Source: an uncultured Verrucomicrobiae bacterium (lineage in GTDB: Bacteria; Verrucomicrobiota; Verrucomicrobiia; Chthoniobacterales; JAATET01). Taken from it: DNA of 64,000 nt. Position numbers and translations under genes: made by a program. Location: assembly GCA_963719495.1 (NCBI GenBank), contig CAVRCI010000002.1:1-64000 (forward strand), read 5' to 3'. Below, one piece after another: positions 1 through 10,336 of this stretch; positions within the stretch are counted from its first letter, which is position 1; the number at the start of each line of letters is the position of its first letter. Under the pieces are notes generated by a model. That model was given only the letters and a program-made list of their open reading frames with translations. It made no database searches and was not told the origin of the DNA.

Positions 1-199
1 GGCTCGCGCCGAAGGGAAGCGGGTGGCCGTAGCGGAGCTTGTGTTCGCCGTGGGTGTGGGTGTGGGTGAGGACGGGTCGATGCGGCATGGATGGCGGAGG
101 TTTCCCGAATTTACGTGTCGTGGCGAGCGTTGGTGTTGGGTGGCCGTCTGGTGGCGGGGGAGTCGCTCAGGCTTGCGCGGTGGGGTGGGGTCGGGGCAT

Positions 200-1530
200 A
201 CCGAGCGGCGCGATGGCGGCAACGTGCTTTTTTTGATGGCGGACGAGCTGCGGTTTGATTTGCCGGGGTTCATGGGGAACCCGGTGTCGGACCCCGAATC
301 TCGATGCCCTCGCGGAGGAGGCGGTCATTTTCGACAATGCTTACGCAGCGTCGCCGGTTTGCATCCCCGGGTGGCAGCGTCTGGCGACGGGTAAATATCC
401 GCTGCACATCGGGTGCGAGTATTTTGGCGATGACCTCGAGCCGGGTTCGGATACGTTCGCGCGGCGCTTTTCCGAGGCGGGTTATTACACCGTGGCGTGC
501 GGGAAGCTGCACCACCGGGGGCCGGATCAGATGCAGGGCTGGATGCACCGGATCGGATCGGAGGCGGCGGTGAATTGGCCGGATACCCCACCGAATCGGC
601 GGCGGGCACAGGTCGGTCGGATGAAATGGCGGGGGGGCGGAAGAACTGGCGTTGGCCGGGGTGGGGCGATTCGCCGCTCGAGATTCACGACGAGTACACG
701 GTCGACGGTGCGCTGGATTTCCTGCGGATGCATTTCGGTGGAATGTATCGGCGGGGTGAGACGAATCGCTCCGGTGCTGCTCAAGGTGAGTCTGCAGCAG
801 CCGCATTTCCCGCTGCTGGCGGATCGGGAGACGTTCGATTATTACCGCGAGCGGGTGAGGGCCCGGACGGACGAGGGGGTGCCGGGGTCATCCGGCGCTG
901 GCGATCGGCGCGTTGCCGTGCGGAGACGTCGTGACGGCGGAGCAGGTGCTCGACGCGACGGCGGCCTACTACGCGTTGGTGGAGCGGGTCGACGCGGAGT
1001 TTGGTCGAGTGCTCCAGGGGCTGCGGGACGAGGGGGAGGATCCGGACGAGTGGACCATCGTTTTCACGGCGGACCACGGCGAGATGTTGGGCGAGCATTC
1101 GCTCTGGGAGAAACGGAAATTTTACGAGGGAAGTGTGCGGGTGCCGCTGTTTGTGCGGGACGTCGAGCGGTTTGCGCCGGGACGGCGACGGCAGAACGTG
1201 AACCTCGTGGATGTGTATCCGACGCTGTGTGGGCTGGCCGGGATCGGCGTGCCGGATGATCTCGACGGACGGAGCTTGTTGCCGCTCCTCGAGGGGCGTG
1301 ACGGGCGGTGGGAGAACGAGACGTTTTCGCAATTCGAGGCGGATCATTTCATGATCAAGCGCGGCAATTTGAAATATCTCACCTTCGGGGAATGGGGTCC
1401 CGACGTGCTGTTCGATCTGGCAAGTGACCCGGGCGAATCGGAGAATCGGATCGGCGAGTATGATTACGGCAGCGACGTTGTGGTGATGCGGGAGCGGTTG
1501 CAGGAGTTCATGGCGACGCGAGTGCCGTAG
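200..1530 (+). CDS. Sulfatase (choline-sulfatase-like), frameshifted; start approximate
   Basis: Pieces in ORFs 23..394, 255..1259 and 913..1530 join into NVLFLMADELR..RTPNLDALA..SPVCIPG..GKLH..PHFP..FTADHGEMLGEHSLWEK..YEGSVRVPL, typical sulfatase motifs. Confidence 0.85.
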
Positions 1531-1564
1531 CGGATACGCGGTGGGGATTTGTTGCGACGGACAG

Positions 1565-1596
1565 CCGTTCGTCCGGGGTCTGCCTGCTGTTCGGCA
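1565..1596 (+). promoter_or_regulatory. Putative LytTR box: CCGTTCGTCC-N12-CTGTTCGGCA upstream of precursor 1
   Basis: 10-bp imperfect direct repeat, 22-bp period; same motif precedes the other three precursor units. Confidence 0.55.
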
Positions 1597-1652
1597 CAAA
1601 GGGGTGGTTTGGCTGCGATGGAGGAGGTCCAATCGGCTCGTCGAGAGATCGA

Positions 1653-2030
1653 ATGGACAAAAATCAAATCATGAATCCAAACATTGAAAAATTCAGCGCG
1701 GCGATCGCCAACGATCCCGAGCTCCAGGCGAAAGTTCAGGCAATCCACGCGGACGCGGCGAAGGCGGCGGCTGCAGACTTGGCGGACTTGTCGCGGGAAG
1801 TGGGAACTCCGTTCACCGGAGAAGAATTCCTCGCCAGCGCGGCGGCGACGACGCGGGAGTTGTCGGAAGAAGAGCTGGGAGCCGTCGCGGGTGGCGCGGG
1901 CTGGAAGGCGGACTCGCCGACCAACGTGATGGCGAGCCTTTTCTCTCTGGGGCTGATGTGTGCGATATCCGGGATCCTGACCGCGGCGGCTCCTGAGGTC
2001 ACGAACTGCCAGCCCAAGGACTGGCGTTGA
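1653..2030 (+). CDS. Nif11-like leader RiPP precursor 1 (start may be 1671)
   Basis: IEKF..DPELQAKV..FT.EEF..ELSEEELGAVAGG leader; core AGWKADSPTNVMASLFSLGLMCAISGILTAAAPEVTNCQPKDWR. Confidence 0.9.
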   Translation: MDKNQIMNPNIEKFSAAIANDPELQAKVQAIHADAAKAAAADLADLSREVGTPFTGEEFLASAAATTRELSEEELGAVAGGAGWKADSPTNVMASLFSLGLMCAISGILTAAAPEVTNCQPKDWR

Positions 2031-2042
2031 GATCCGGAGAGG

Positions 2043-5000
2043 TCACCTCGGTTGCAAACTGGCAACCGAGGGGAGGGAGGGATCGAGGAGCCGGAGGAAG
2101 GTGTAGCCAACCCCGGTGGTGCCGTGGGAGAAGGACGGGGCAAAGAGTCGCCCGCGGTCGGCACCCGTGAGCGGGAAATGACCGGCGTCGTTTCGCTGGG
2201 TGAGGATGGGGCGGGCGCGGGCGACCGCCGCTTCTCGCAGGTCGGAGTGCGGCGTGATTTTTGAGGCTTCGAGGAGGAGTTCGATGCGCGCGGATTCGCC
2301 GCAGCAGAGGTGGGTGGGGGTTAGCGCTGGACCGTGACGGGCGTCGGCGATGGCGACGTTGATTTCGGTGCGGGTTTCCGTGTCCGAAAATCCCTGCGCG
2401 ATTCGGGCCAGGCCGACGCCGGGAGCGCCGGAGCACCAACCCCACATGAAGGCGTCGCGATCGGTCGTGCACGCGCCGCGGCGGAAGTCGTGCTAGTTCC
2501 CCGGGTCGGGGCGGAACGTGGAGCGTTCGTAGGCGATGGCTTCGGTGGAGGCTTCGAGGAAGCGTGACTCTCCGGTGGCCTCGCCGAGTCCGGGCCGAGC
2601 GCCCAGGCGAATCCGGCGGCTCCGTGAGCGAGTCCGGTGAGCGGGCGGAGAGCGAACTCCGGCCGCCAGGCGCGGAGGCCGTCGCCGGAGGCGACGCGGC
2701 GGGCGACGAGGGTGTCGCCGAGCCGGATCGCGGACTCGAGGAGCGAGGGATCGCCGGTCTGCGCGTGGAGCTGGACGAGCGCGAGGATGGCCCCGGCCCC
2801 ACCACCGAGGAGGTCGTCGATGTCGCCGGGAGTGTCGGGACGCTCACCGATGAGTTTTGCAAAAAAGGCCGCGTCTTCGAGGTAGTCGTCCTGGCCGGTG
2901 AGATTGGCCAGGAGTTGGGAGCCGTAGAGGAGCGAGCCGAGGCCGGAGCCGACGCCAAGTGGCAGGTGCGTGAGGAAGGGGCGGTTGCGGTCGCGGCGCA
3001 TTTCGTCGAGGCGCGGGCGCGTCGAGTCGAGGGCGAGGTCGAGCCAACGGGATTCGCCGGTCACGCGAGCGAGGGCGGCAAGAAAGACGGCGACTCCCAG
3101 GGAACCGCTGTAGAGATCGAGGCCCATGAGGGAGGCCGTCTGCATCTTGCGCAGCGGATCGAAGCCGAACGAGAGCCACGAGATGCCGCCGTCGCGCAGC
3201 GGGATGGCGCGGGGGCGGCGAGGTCCCCGGCGATGGAGGTCGCGACGCCGAGCCAGTCGTCCGGCGGTGCGGGGTCTGATTTTGAGTAGCGAAGGGTGAG
3301 GCTGGCGCGCACGAGGGCGGCTTGTTCGGCGATGACGCTCGCGTCGAGCTGGCGGAGCTTGTCCTGAGCGTTCTGCCAGCCGGTGCGCCAGAAGTAATCG
3401 CGCACGGCGACGCCGCCGTCCCCGCGGAGGGTCGTCTCGTCGTTGTGCGCGTGGAAGATGGGGATGTCGCCATTCTCGAGGCCGCGACGTTCCGCTTCGT
3501 AGCATTTGAAGACCTCCGGGCAATCGGCGGCGGGGTCGGGTGGGAGAAAGGGCCGGGCCAGTTTCTCGATCTCATCGAGCGATCAATGGCGCTGGCGAGA
3601 AATTCCGGTCGTCCGAGGCGCTGGCGCATGACGCCGTAGATCTGGGTGTTTCGAACGAGGAAGCGAATCTCGGCACCCCGAAACGGCGCGAGCGGGAGGT
3701 CGTAGCGGGCGGCGAGCAGGGTGCGGGCCGCGGCGGTGAAGCCGGTGACGACCTCGTCGGCAAAAGGCGTGGCCGGGATGAGGTGGCCGGCGGCGTCGCG
3801 GGAATGTATTGCCCGGCTGCTGGTCGGGAGCGGGGCGCATTTCCTGGCGCATTCGGTCGGTGCCGAGGTCGAGCCAGGTCGGTTCGTGCCAACCCGCCGA
3901 AGCGCGTTGCGTCCCGCTGAAGCCGCTGAGGTCGCGGGCGTTGCCGCGTTCGTCGATCTGCCAGACGGGGAGCAGGAGGGTGGTGAGAACCCCCGTGTCG
4001 AAGTGGGCGCGTCGCCGGCGGCGGCGAGTTCTGCATCGGTCGCGCCGAACGGCCTCGGGGTGGGCGTGAAGAGGGTTTCCAGATCGATGAGGACGGGGCC
4101 GTTTGCGGTGGCGATGACGTTTTCCTCGTGAAAATCCGAGCCGCCACAGATCCAGGCGAGCGCGAGGAGTTCGCCGGCGCTGTGGTAGTAGGCCGCGGGA
4201 TCGGCGGGGGTGCCGGGGGCGACGAATTCCACCCAGCCGTAGTCGCCGCGGTCGAGCGCGTGAGGCGCGCGGAGTTGGCTGGCCGGATTGCGGATGCGCA
4301 GCCATTCGATGAGGTCGTGCCAGGCAACGTCCATCCGGAGGCCGCGGGGTTTGTAGATCAAGCGACGACCGTCCGCGAAGGTGAGGCCCATGACACGCCG
4401 ACCGCCGCGGTGGGCGTCGCCGAGTTGGCCGTCGATGGCGATGATGTCGCCCTCAGCCCCGGGGAACGTCTCCGCCAGTGCCTCACGATCCCGGGCGAGT
4501 CGGTCGAGAAACTCCGCTCGGTCGCCGGCGCCAGTGCTGCAGGGCGAGTGCGAGTTCGCGCGCGAGGACTGGCCAGCGGTCGAGGCGGGAGCGGAGACCG
4601 CCCGCTCGGAGGTCCACGGCGAGGCGGGCGTAGGGTTCCCGTCGAGGCGGGAGGAGGCCGAGGCTGTCCGCTGCTCAATTCGCTGATGAGCGCCGGGGCG
4701 GCGAGTTCGGCGAGCGTGCGGGTGAGTTCCCGGACGAGACTGAGGGGTAATCCGGCGAGGCCGTCGGCGGTCGCGTGGGCGAGCGGGCTGAGAATTTCGC
4801 CGAAGGGGACTTCGTCGTCGAGCGGCCCGAGCGGGGACGATTCGAGCCGCGCCAGTCCGCGTTGGAGGAGCGAGTGCGCTTTGTCTGGCGGCTGGGTCTC
4901 GAACAAGGCTGCTCCTGCGAGTCGGGTGCGCGCCTCGTCGGTCGACCAGCCCAGGTAGCGCCAACGCTGGGCGAGGCGCGCGGGGTTCGGCGAAGCCGAG

Positions 5001-5091
5001 ATGGCGCTCTCCCACGCTCGGAGGCGGTCGTCGACGAGCTTGGGATCCAGCGCCTTCACCGGACTCAAGGACGGGAGTTCGCTTTGTTCAT
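2043..5091 (-). CDS. lanM: Class II lanthipeptide synthetase LanM, multiple frameshifts
   Basis: Dehydratase motifs GDAHRGG, YKPR, DFHEENVIA, IDLETL, RFLVRNTQIY; cyclase motifs LYSGSLG, DLLGGGAG, GLAHGAAG, WCSGAPG, HLCCG, spread over ORFs 4358..5128, 2844..5015, 2321..3523 and 2043..2447. Confidence 0.9.
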
Positions 5092-5438
5092 GGACGACCG
5101 TCTTTCCGGAGCAGGTCAGCCAACTCACCGCCCTTCTCGGAACCGAACTTGGCGGGAATGCTGCCGCAACCCAGGTGGGTGTTGATGTAGATCGCGCTAT
5201 AGTTTGAGCCTCCGCCGGCGACCGCGCCGAGTTGCTCGTCCGATAGTCCGCGATGGTTGAGGTGGGTGGCTGCGAGGAAGTCGTCGGCGGTGAACGGAGT
5301 GCCGGTCTCGGAGGACAACGCGGCGATCCGGGCGGCGGCTTCGCGGGCGGCGGCGGCGTGGATGGATTGGACTTTCGCTTGAAGCTCGGGGCTGGCGGCG
5401 ACGGCTTCGGTGAACTTCGTGACGTTTTCGGTGCTCAT
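5088..5438 (-). CDS. Nif11-like leader RiPP precursor 2
   Basis: Leader ends LSDEQLGAVAGG; core GSNYSAIYINTHLGCGSIPAKFGSEKGGELADLLRKDGRP; stop overlaps an ATG at 5091. Confidence 0.88.
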   Translation of the reverse strand: MSTENVTKFTEAVAASPELQAKVQSIHAAAAREAAARIAALSSETGTPFTADDFLAATHLNHRGLSDEQLGAVAGGGSNYSAIYINTHLGCGSIPAKFGSEKGGELADLLRKDGRP

Positions 5439-5478
5439 GGTGTTTGGTTTGCTGGGTGGGGTGATGGGTCTCGGCGGA

Positions 5479-5845
5479 CTATTTCCCCCACTGCGAGGGT
5501 TGGCATTTGTCGGCTTCGTTGCCTTTGATCAAGGCGGAGGCCGAAGCGATGAAGGCGCAGCCGATGCCGAGGGTAATGATGCTGGCCATGACGTTGGCCT
5601 CCCCGGAGTTCCACCAGCCGCCGGAGACGGATTCGAGTTGTTCGTCGGAGAGTTCGCCTTGAGCGGATTGGGCGGAGGCGAGGAACTCGTCGGCGGTGAA
5701 CGGCGCGTCCGTCTCGGCGGAGAGGGCAGCGATTCGCACGGCGGTCTCTGCGGCGGCGGCGGCTTGGATGGCTGTGGATTTTGGCTTGGAGGTCGGGGCT
5801 GGCGGCGACGACTTCGGTGAATTTGGTGATGTTTTCGATGCTCAT
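5479..5845 (-). CDS. Nif11-like leader RiPP precursor 3 (frameshifted in leader)
   Basis: MSIENITKFTEVVAASPDLQAK in one frame, ELSDEQLESVSGG/WWNSGEANVMASIITLGIGCAFIASASALIKGNEADKCQPSQWGK in another. Confidence 0.85.
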
Positions 5846-5932
5846 GATTATGACTGATTGAGTGGGAATCGTGGTGGGCGTTCCCGATGGAGGGGAAATT
5901 TTCATCGGCGCGGGTTTTCGTCCAAGCGATTG

Positions 5933-5964
5933 GGATGAACGGCGGATGGGGGCTGGATGAGTGG
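5933..5964 (-). promoter_or_regulatory. Putative LytTR box: CCACTCATCC-N12-CCGTTCATCC upstream of precursor 3/2/lanM unit
   Basis: 10-bp direct repeat, 22-bp period. Confidence 0.65.
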
Positions 5965-6107
5965 TGGCGAGAAGCTTGGAAATTCTTTGTCGAGCCAGTT
6001 GGGTCGTCTGACGGCGAGGCGATCGTAGCGCAAGGTATCCTTTTCGAATGAGACCAGGATGAATAGCTTGGCGAGCCGTTCCAACCCGACCAACCTACCG
6101 AAAAAGC

Positions 6108-6945
6108 ATGACACCATTCACCCCCTACACCTTCGGCAGCATGTCGTTGGGGAGGAATCCCGCCGACATCAAAGACGACCTGGCCGTGGCCCGGCGGGCG
6201 ATGGAGGCGGGCGTCTGGTTTCACTCCAGCCCGACTTACAATAGTGGCTTCACCTACATGGTTTTGCGGACGGCATTTGATGAAGATCGAAGTGCAGTTC
6301 CGCCGATGATTCTGAAAGTGCGCGATGCGTCGGTGTCATTAATGCGGTTTGAAGTGGAGGACAGCTGCCGCCGTCTCGGACTGGAATCAATTGACGTGGC
6401 GCAGCTCGTTTCTGATGGATGCCAATCCGGGCAATCTGGTGGATCAACTGTGCGCCGGTGATGGCCCACTTGTTGAAGAACTCGATTCTCTTCGCTCACG
6501 GGGACTCATCCGACAGGCGGTGATCTTTTTGACTCCACAAAATTCCGATGCCGCCGTGCGGGCCGCCCGCAGCGAGCTGATCGACGGCGTCACCTTGTAT
6601 TGGAATGCCTGTCAGCGCGATTGCAGCGCCACGGCCTGGGCGACGATTCGTGAGAATCGGATCCCGACATTGGCCTTGCGCACTCTGGGTGGAGGGCCCG
6701 GTGACAAATCCAGCGCCGCCAAGGCGGACCTTCTCGATCAGCTCGTCGAATCGGTTGGTTGTCGCAATTTAACCGCGTTCAACCTCCGGTTGGCCGCCAG
6801 CGAGTCCGTCATCCAGACGACGATCGGCGGCACAGCCTCACTGGCCGGACCCTGCACTTCCGTGGCAGCCCGGGAAGCGCATCCGCTGCCGGACCAAGTC
6901 CTTCGCAGCGTCGAGCAACTGCAAACTGCTGCGACGGCGGAGTAA
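6108..6945 (+). CDS. Aldo/keto reductase family protein (one frameshift near 6410)
   Basis: FGSMSLG..ARRAMEAGVWFHSSPTYN..EDSCRRLGLESIDVAQL..LDSLRSRGLIR. Confidence 0.7.
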
Positions 6946-6992
6946 TTTCCGCCGACGCTCCTGCGGACTGGGCGCGGGAATGTTCGCGGGGA

Positions 6993-7332
6993 CTACATGC
7001 AATTCTGGGGGCGGTCACCGTTCTGCGAATTCTGATACATGATCAGGCAGGCCAGACCGGCGGTGAAGATGCTGGCGGCGACTCGGCCGAGAACCTCCCG
7101 GTTGCCACCGGCGACCGCTTCGAGTTGCTCGTCGGTGAGTTCGGCCTGGGCGGAGTTCGCGGAGGCGAGGAATTCTTCGACGGTGAAGGGTGCGTCGGTT
7201 TCGGCTCTACAACGCGGCGATCCGGGCGGCGGCATCGCGGGCGGTGGAGGCGTGGATGAACTGGACTTTTGCCTGCAGGTCGGGGCTGGCGGCAACGGCT
7301 TCGGAGAATTTGGTGATGTTTTCGGTGCTCAT
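6993..7332 (-). CDS. Nif11-like leader RiPP precursor 4 (frameshifted in leader)
   Basis: MSTENITKFSEAVAASPDLQAKV..ELTDEQLEAVAGG; core NREVLGRVAASIFTAGLACLIMYQNSQNGDRPQNCM. Confidence 0.85.
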
Positions 7333-7427
7333 GGTTGTGGTTGCGTTGGGTCGTTTGAACTCAGTGGTGGCTCGCGTTTCGATGGATGGAACGGTTTCAG
7401 CGGTTGGGAATTTCGTCCAAGTGTTTG

Positions 7428-7459
7428 GGACGAGTGGCGCCCGAGGGCCGGATGAATGG
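7428..7459 (-). promoter_or_regulatory. Putative LytTR box: CCATTCATCC-N12-CCACTCGTCC upstream of precursor 4
   Basis: 10-bp direct repeat, 22-bp period; flanks also resemble 5900-5965. Confidence 0.65.
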
Positions 7460-7592
7460 TCGCAGCAGGGAGATGGGCCGCATCGCCGGGCGGTTGTCTT
7501 CCCTTGGGAGGTATTTTTCTGAACGAAGGGTGTCAGAAGCGGTTGCTTCTTGACCTGGCAGGCAGCTTTCGCATGGATTTCGCAACGACCTA

Positions 7593-8413
7593 CATGCCAA
7601 GCGTGTCCGATCTTCGCCGCCGTCCGGGCGGAGTGCGCAGCTCCCGCTGGTGGCGGAGATTTTTTCGGCGGACCGGACGTTTCGGATCATTTGCAGCGGC
7701 TTTTGCTCCGGCGTCCGGCGATCTCGGTGACGCGGACGCCGGAGTCGCTGGGCGAGGTGTCGTGGTCGGGGCCCGGCTGTTGTTTTGTGATTCGGACGGG
7801 GAAAGTGAGCGCGTGCTTCGGATGCTGGGGGAGCGGCCTTCGTCGTTCGACGTGATCCTGCTGGCGGGTGAGGAGCGGTGCGGCGGCGGCGGCGTTTGAG
7901 GTGGACGCGTTGGATTTCCTGGTGAAGCCGGTGGAGAGCGATCGGGTCGGGCGGACGGTGCGGCGGTTGCTGCCGCTGGACTTCGGCGGCGGGGAGTGCG
8001 GAGGTGGCGGAGACCGTGCAGCGGTATCTTCGGTGCCGTTCGAGCGGGGCGGCGCTTGATCGCGATCGACGACATTTGCGCGATCCACGCCATTGGAAAT
8101 TACACGCAGGTGTTGCTGGCGGGCGGGGCGACGGAGGTGGTGATGCGGTCGCTGGTGCGGTGGGAGGCGACACTGGGCGGCGGGCGGTTTATTCGGGTTC
8201 GTCGGTCGAACGATCGCGGACGTGGCGCGGATCCGGCGGCTGGAGGTGTCGGCGAGCGGGGAGGGGGACTCGCGGAGATGGAGGGGTCTGAGCGAGGAGC
8301 AGGCCGTGAGTCGGCGCTGTCTGGCAGCGCTGCGGGCGGCGCTGGCAACCGCTCGTCAGCCGGGGACGACTCGTTCGTCCAAAACTCGTGGCACGGAGAG
8401 CGGTCCGACGTAA
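7593..8413 (+). CDS. LytR/AlgR (LytTR) family response regulator, frameshifted; start approximate
   Basis: AFEVDALDFLVKPV (receiver end), IDDICAIHAIGNYTQV..RSLVRWEATL..FIRVRRS, VSRR (LytTR domain). Confidence 0.8.
8349..8380 (+). promoter_or_regulatory. Putative LytTR box: CCGCTCGTCA-N12-TCGTTCGTCC upstream of NHLP precursor/export operon
   Basis: 10-bp imperfect direct repeat, 22-bp period. Confidence 0.55.
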
Positions 8414-8433
8414 GGTCGTGTGGAATTGCACCC

Positions 8434-8738
8434 ATGGACGGTCCGGATTTTCAGAACATGACCCGGCGCGAGATCGAGGATTACCTGATCGAGCGGAGTT
8501 TGGTGGACGCGTCGTTTCGCGACGGTTGATCCGGGAGCCGCGCGCGGCGTTGACCGAGTTCGGGCTGCCGCTGGGCGAGGATGTCGTGGTGAACGTGCAC
8601 GTCGAGGAGCCGGGGAGTTTCTCCATCGTGCTGCCGCGGGTGCTGTGGAAGGGCGGCGAGCTGAGTCCCGAGGAATCGAGTGGGGTGGCCGGCGGAGTGA
8701 CGGCTCCGGTGGAGCAGTTTTTTCGCGGCTACGTGTGA
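8434..8738 (+). CDS. NHLP (nitrile-hydratase-like leader) RiPP precursor, one frameshift near 8520
   Basis: TRREIEDYLIERSLVDASFR/RLIREPRAAL..VNVHVEEPGSFSIVLP..ELSPEESSGVAGG; core VTAPVEQFFRGYV. Confidence 0.8.
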
Positions 8739-10330
8739 GTGGGGCTGGGCGGGTCGCCTGGGTTCGCTGCCTCCTGATGCTGGCTGCGGGTCGGTGTCGG
8801 GTGCGGCGGCGAGTGGGGAGTTCACCCGGTCGGAATCTCGGATTCGACCTGCCACGGATCGATCCGACGGCGGCGGTCTTTGCCACGCTCGAAGACAGTC
8901 CGCAGATCGCGCTGCAGGAGGAACAGGTCGGACCTCGGATCGGTGGCGTCGTGATCGGCGGGGCCATTTGACACGACGGTGGTCGGGCGCGGGAGGATCC
9001 GCGGAGCGCGGAGGATCGCTCGGTGACGCCGCGGGAGGGGGCGTGCCGCGCGGGGCAGGCGGCGGGAGCGGATTTGCAGTTCGTTTGTGCGGCGGGATTC
9101 GCTGTATGATTACGAGGTGCGGATTGCGGAAGAAATTCCGCAACGGCGTGGTCGTCGAGCCGACGACGATTATCGCTTCGCGGGTGGGAGTGATTCCGGG
9201 AGAGTTGAATAATCGGAGCGAGTTTCGGTTTAATTTCGGCGTGACGATTCCGGCTGGTCGAGGGCTGGGGACGACGGTGAACGAGGCACCGGAGATGGGC
9301 GCAGGTCGATTGGCGGGCGAGTTGGTTTTCGTTGCGGAACGTGACGTCGCAGGCTGGTGACGACGGTCTCGACGTATTGGAGCTGCCGGGCAGCGGAGCG
9401 GCGGTATGAGCTGCTGGTCGAGAACGAGGAAATTTCCGCCGGGCTGGTCGGGACCGTGAGGCGATGGTCGAGGCGCAGGAGTTGGCGAGTTCGCCAGTTG
9501 TCGCAGTTCCGGGCGGATCAGCAGAGCACGGCGGCGCAGCGGATTCGGAACGGAACAGGTGTCCGTTCAGGCGAGGCAGCGGCTCGCGCTGGCGATCGGA
9601 TACGGTGCCGACCGGGTGGCGCTGGCTCGCTGACTTCGGCGGAGCTGCCGGTGCGGCCAAGCGATCCCGATTACCCGGAGCTGATCGACCTGACGACGGC
9701 GGCGCTGGCGTTGCGCGACGATTTGCACGCGGCGCGGTCGCTGGAGATTTCGCGGAAGGTGCTGGTGACGGCGTCGTTTCTGAATTTGCGCCCGATCATC
9801 GATCTGCGGCTGGACGCGGGATACGTGCCGTTCGACACGCGGTCGTCGGCGTCGACGGATCGCGGGGGGCAGTTCACCGGGGAGCGTCGGGCTGAACCTC
9901 GAGTGGCCCATCGAGAACAGTTTCCAGCGCGGAGGGTTGATCCAGGATCTGGCGACGTACGCGGACAGTCAGATTCGGGTGGAGGATCTGGAGCGCAACA
10001 TCGTGTCGTCGGTGATCTCGGACTTTGCGGAATTGCGGAGCGCGGCGGCGCAGGTGCTGCGGTTGCGGGAGGCGGCGCGGTTCAATCGTGAGGCGTTGTC
10101 GGCGCAGCAGGAACTCCTCTCCCTCGGGCAGGCTCCGATCACCGACGTCATCACCGCGCGGCAGCGATTGATCTCGGCCGAGCTTTCGTTCGTTGACGTG
10201 AGCAAGCGTTACGCGATCGGGATCGCGCAGTTGCGGTACAGACACGGGAACCCTCCTGCCGTGGGACGAGTCCGGGAGCTGGATCACGCCGTTGCTCTGG
10301 ACCACCATTCCGTTCGCGGCTCACACCCAA
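8735..10330 (+). CDS. TolC-family outer membrane efflux protein, heavily frameshifted
   Basis: Helical fragments (ALSAQQELLSLGQAPITDVITARQRLISAELS) and position directly before HlyD. Confidence 0.6.
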
Positions 10331-10336
10331 TAACCG

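Noticed and set aside
200..1530. Sulfatase as RiPP tailoring enzyme
   Set aside because: Only adjacency; precursor 1 has its own upstream box
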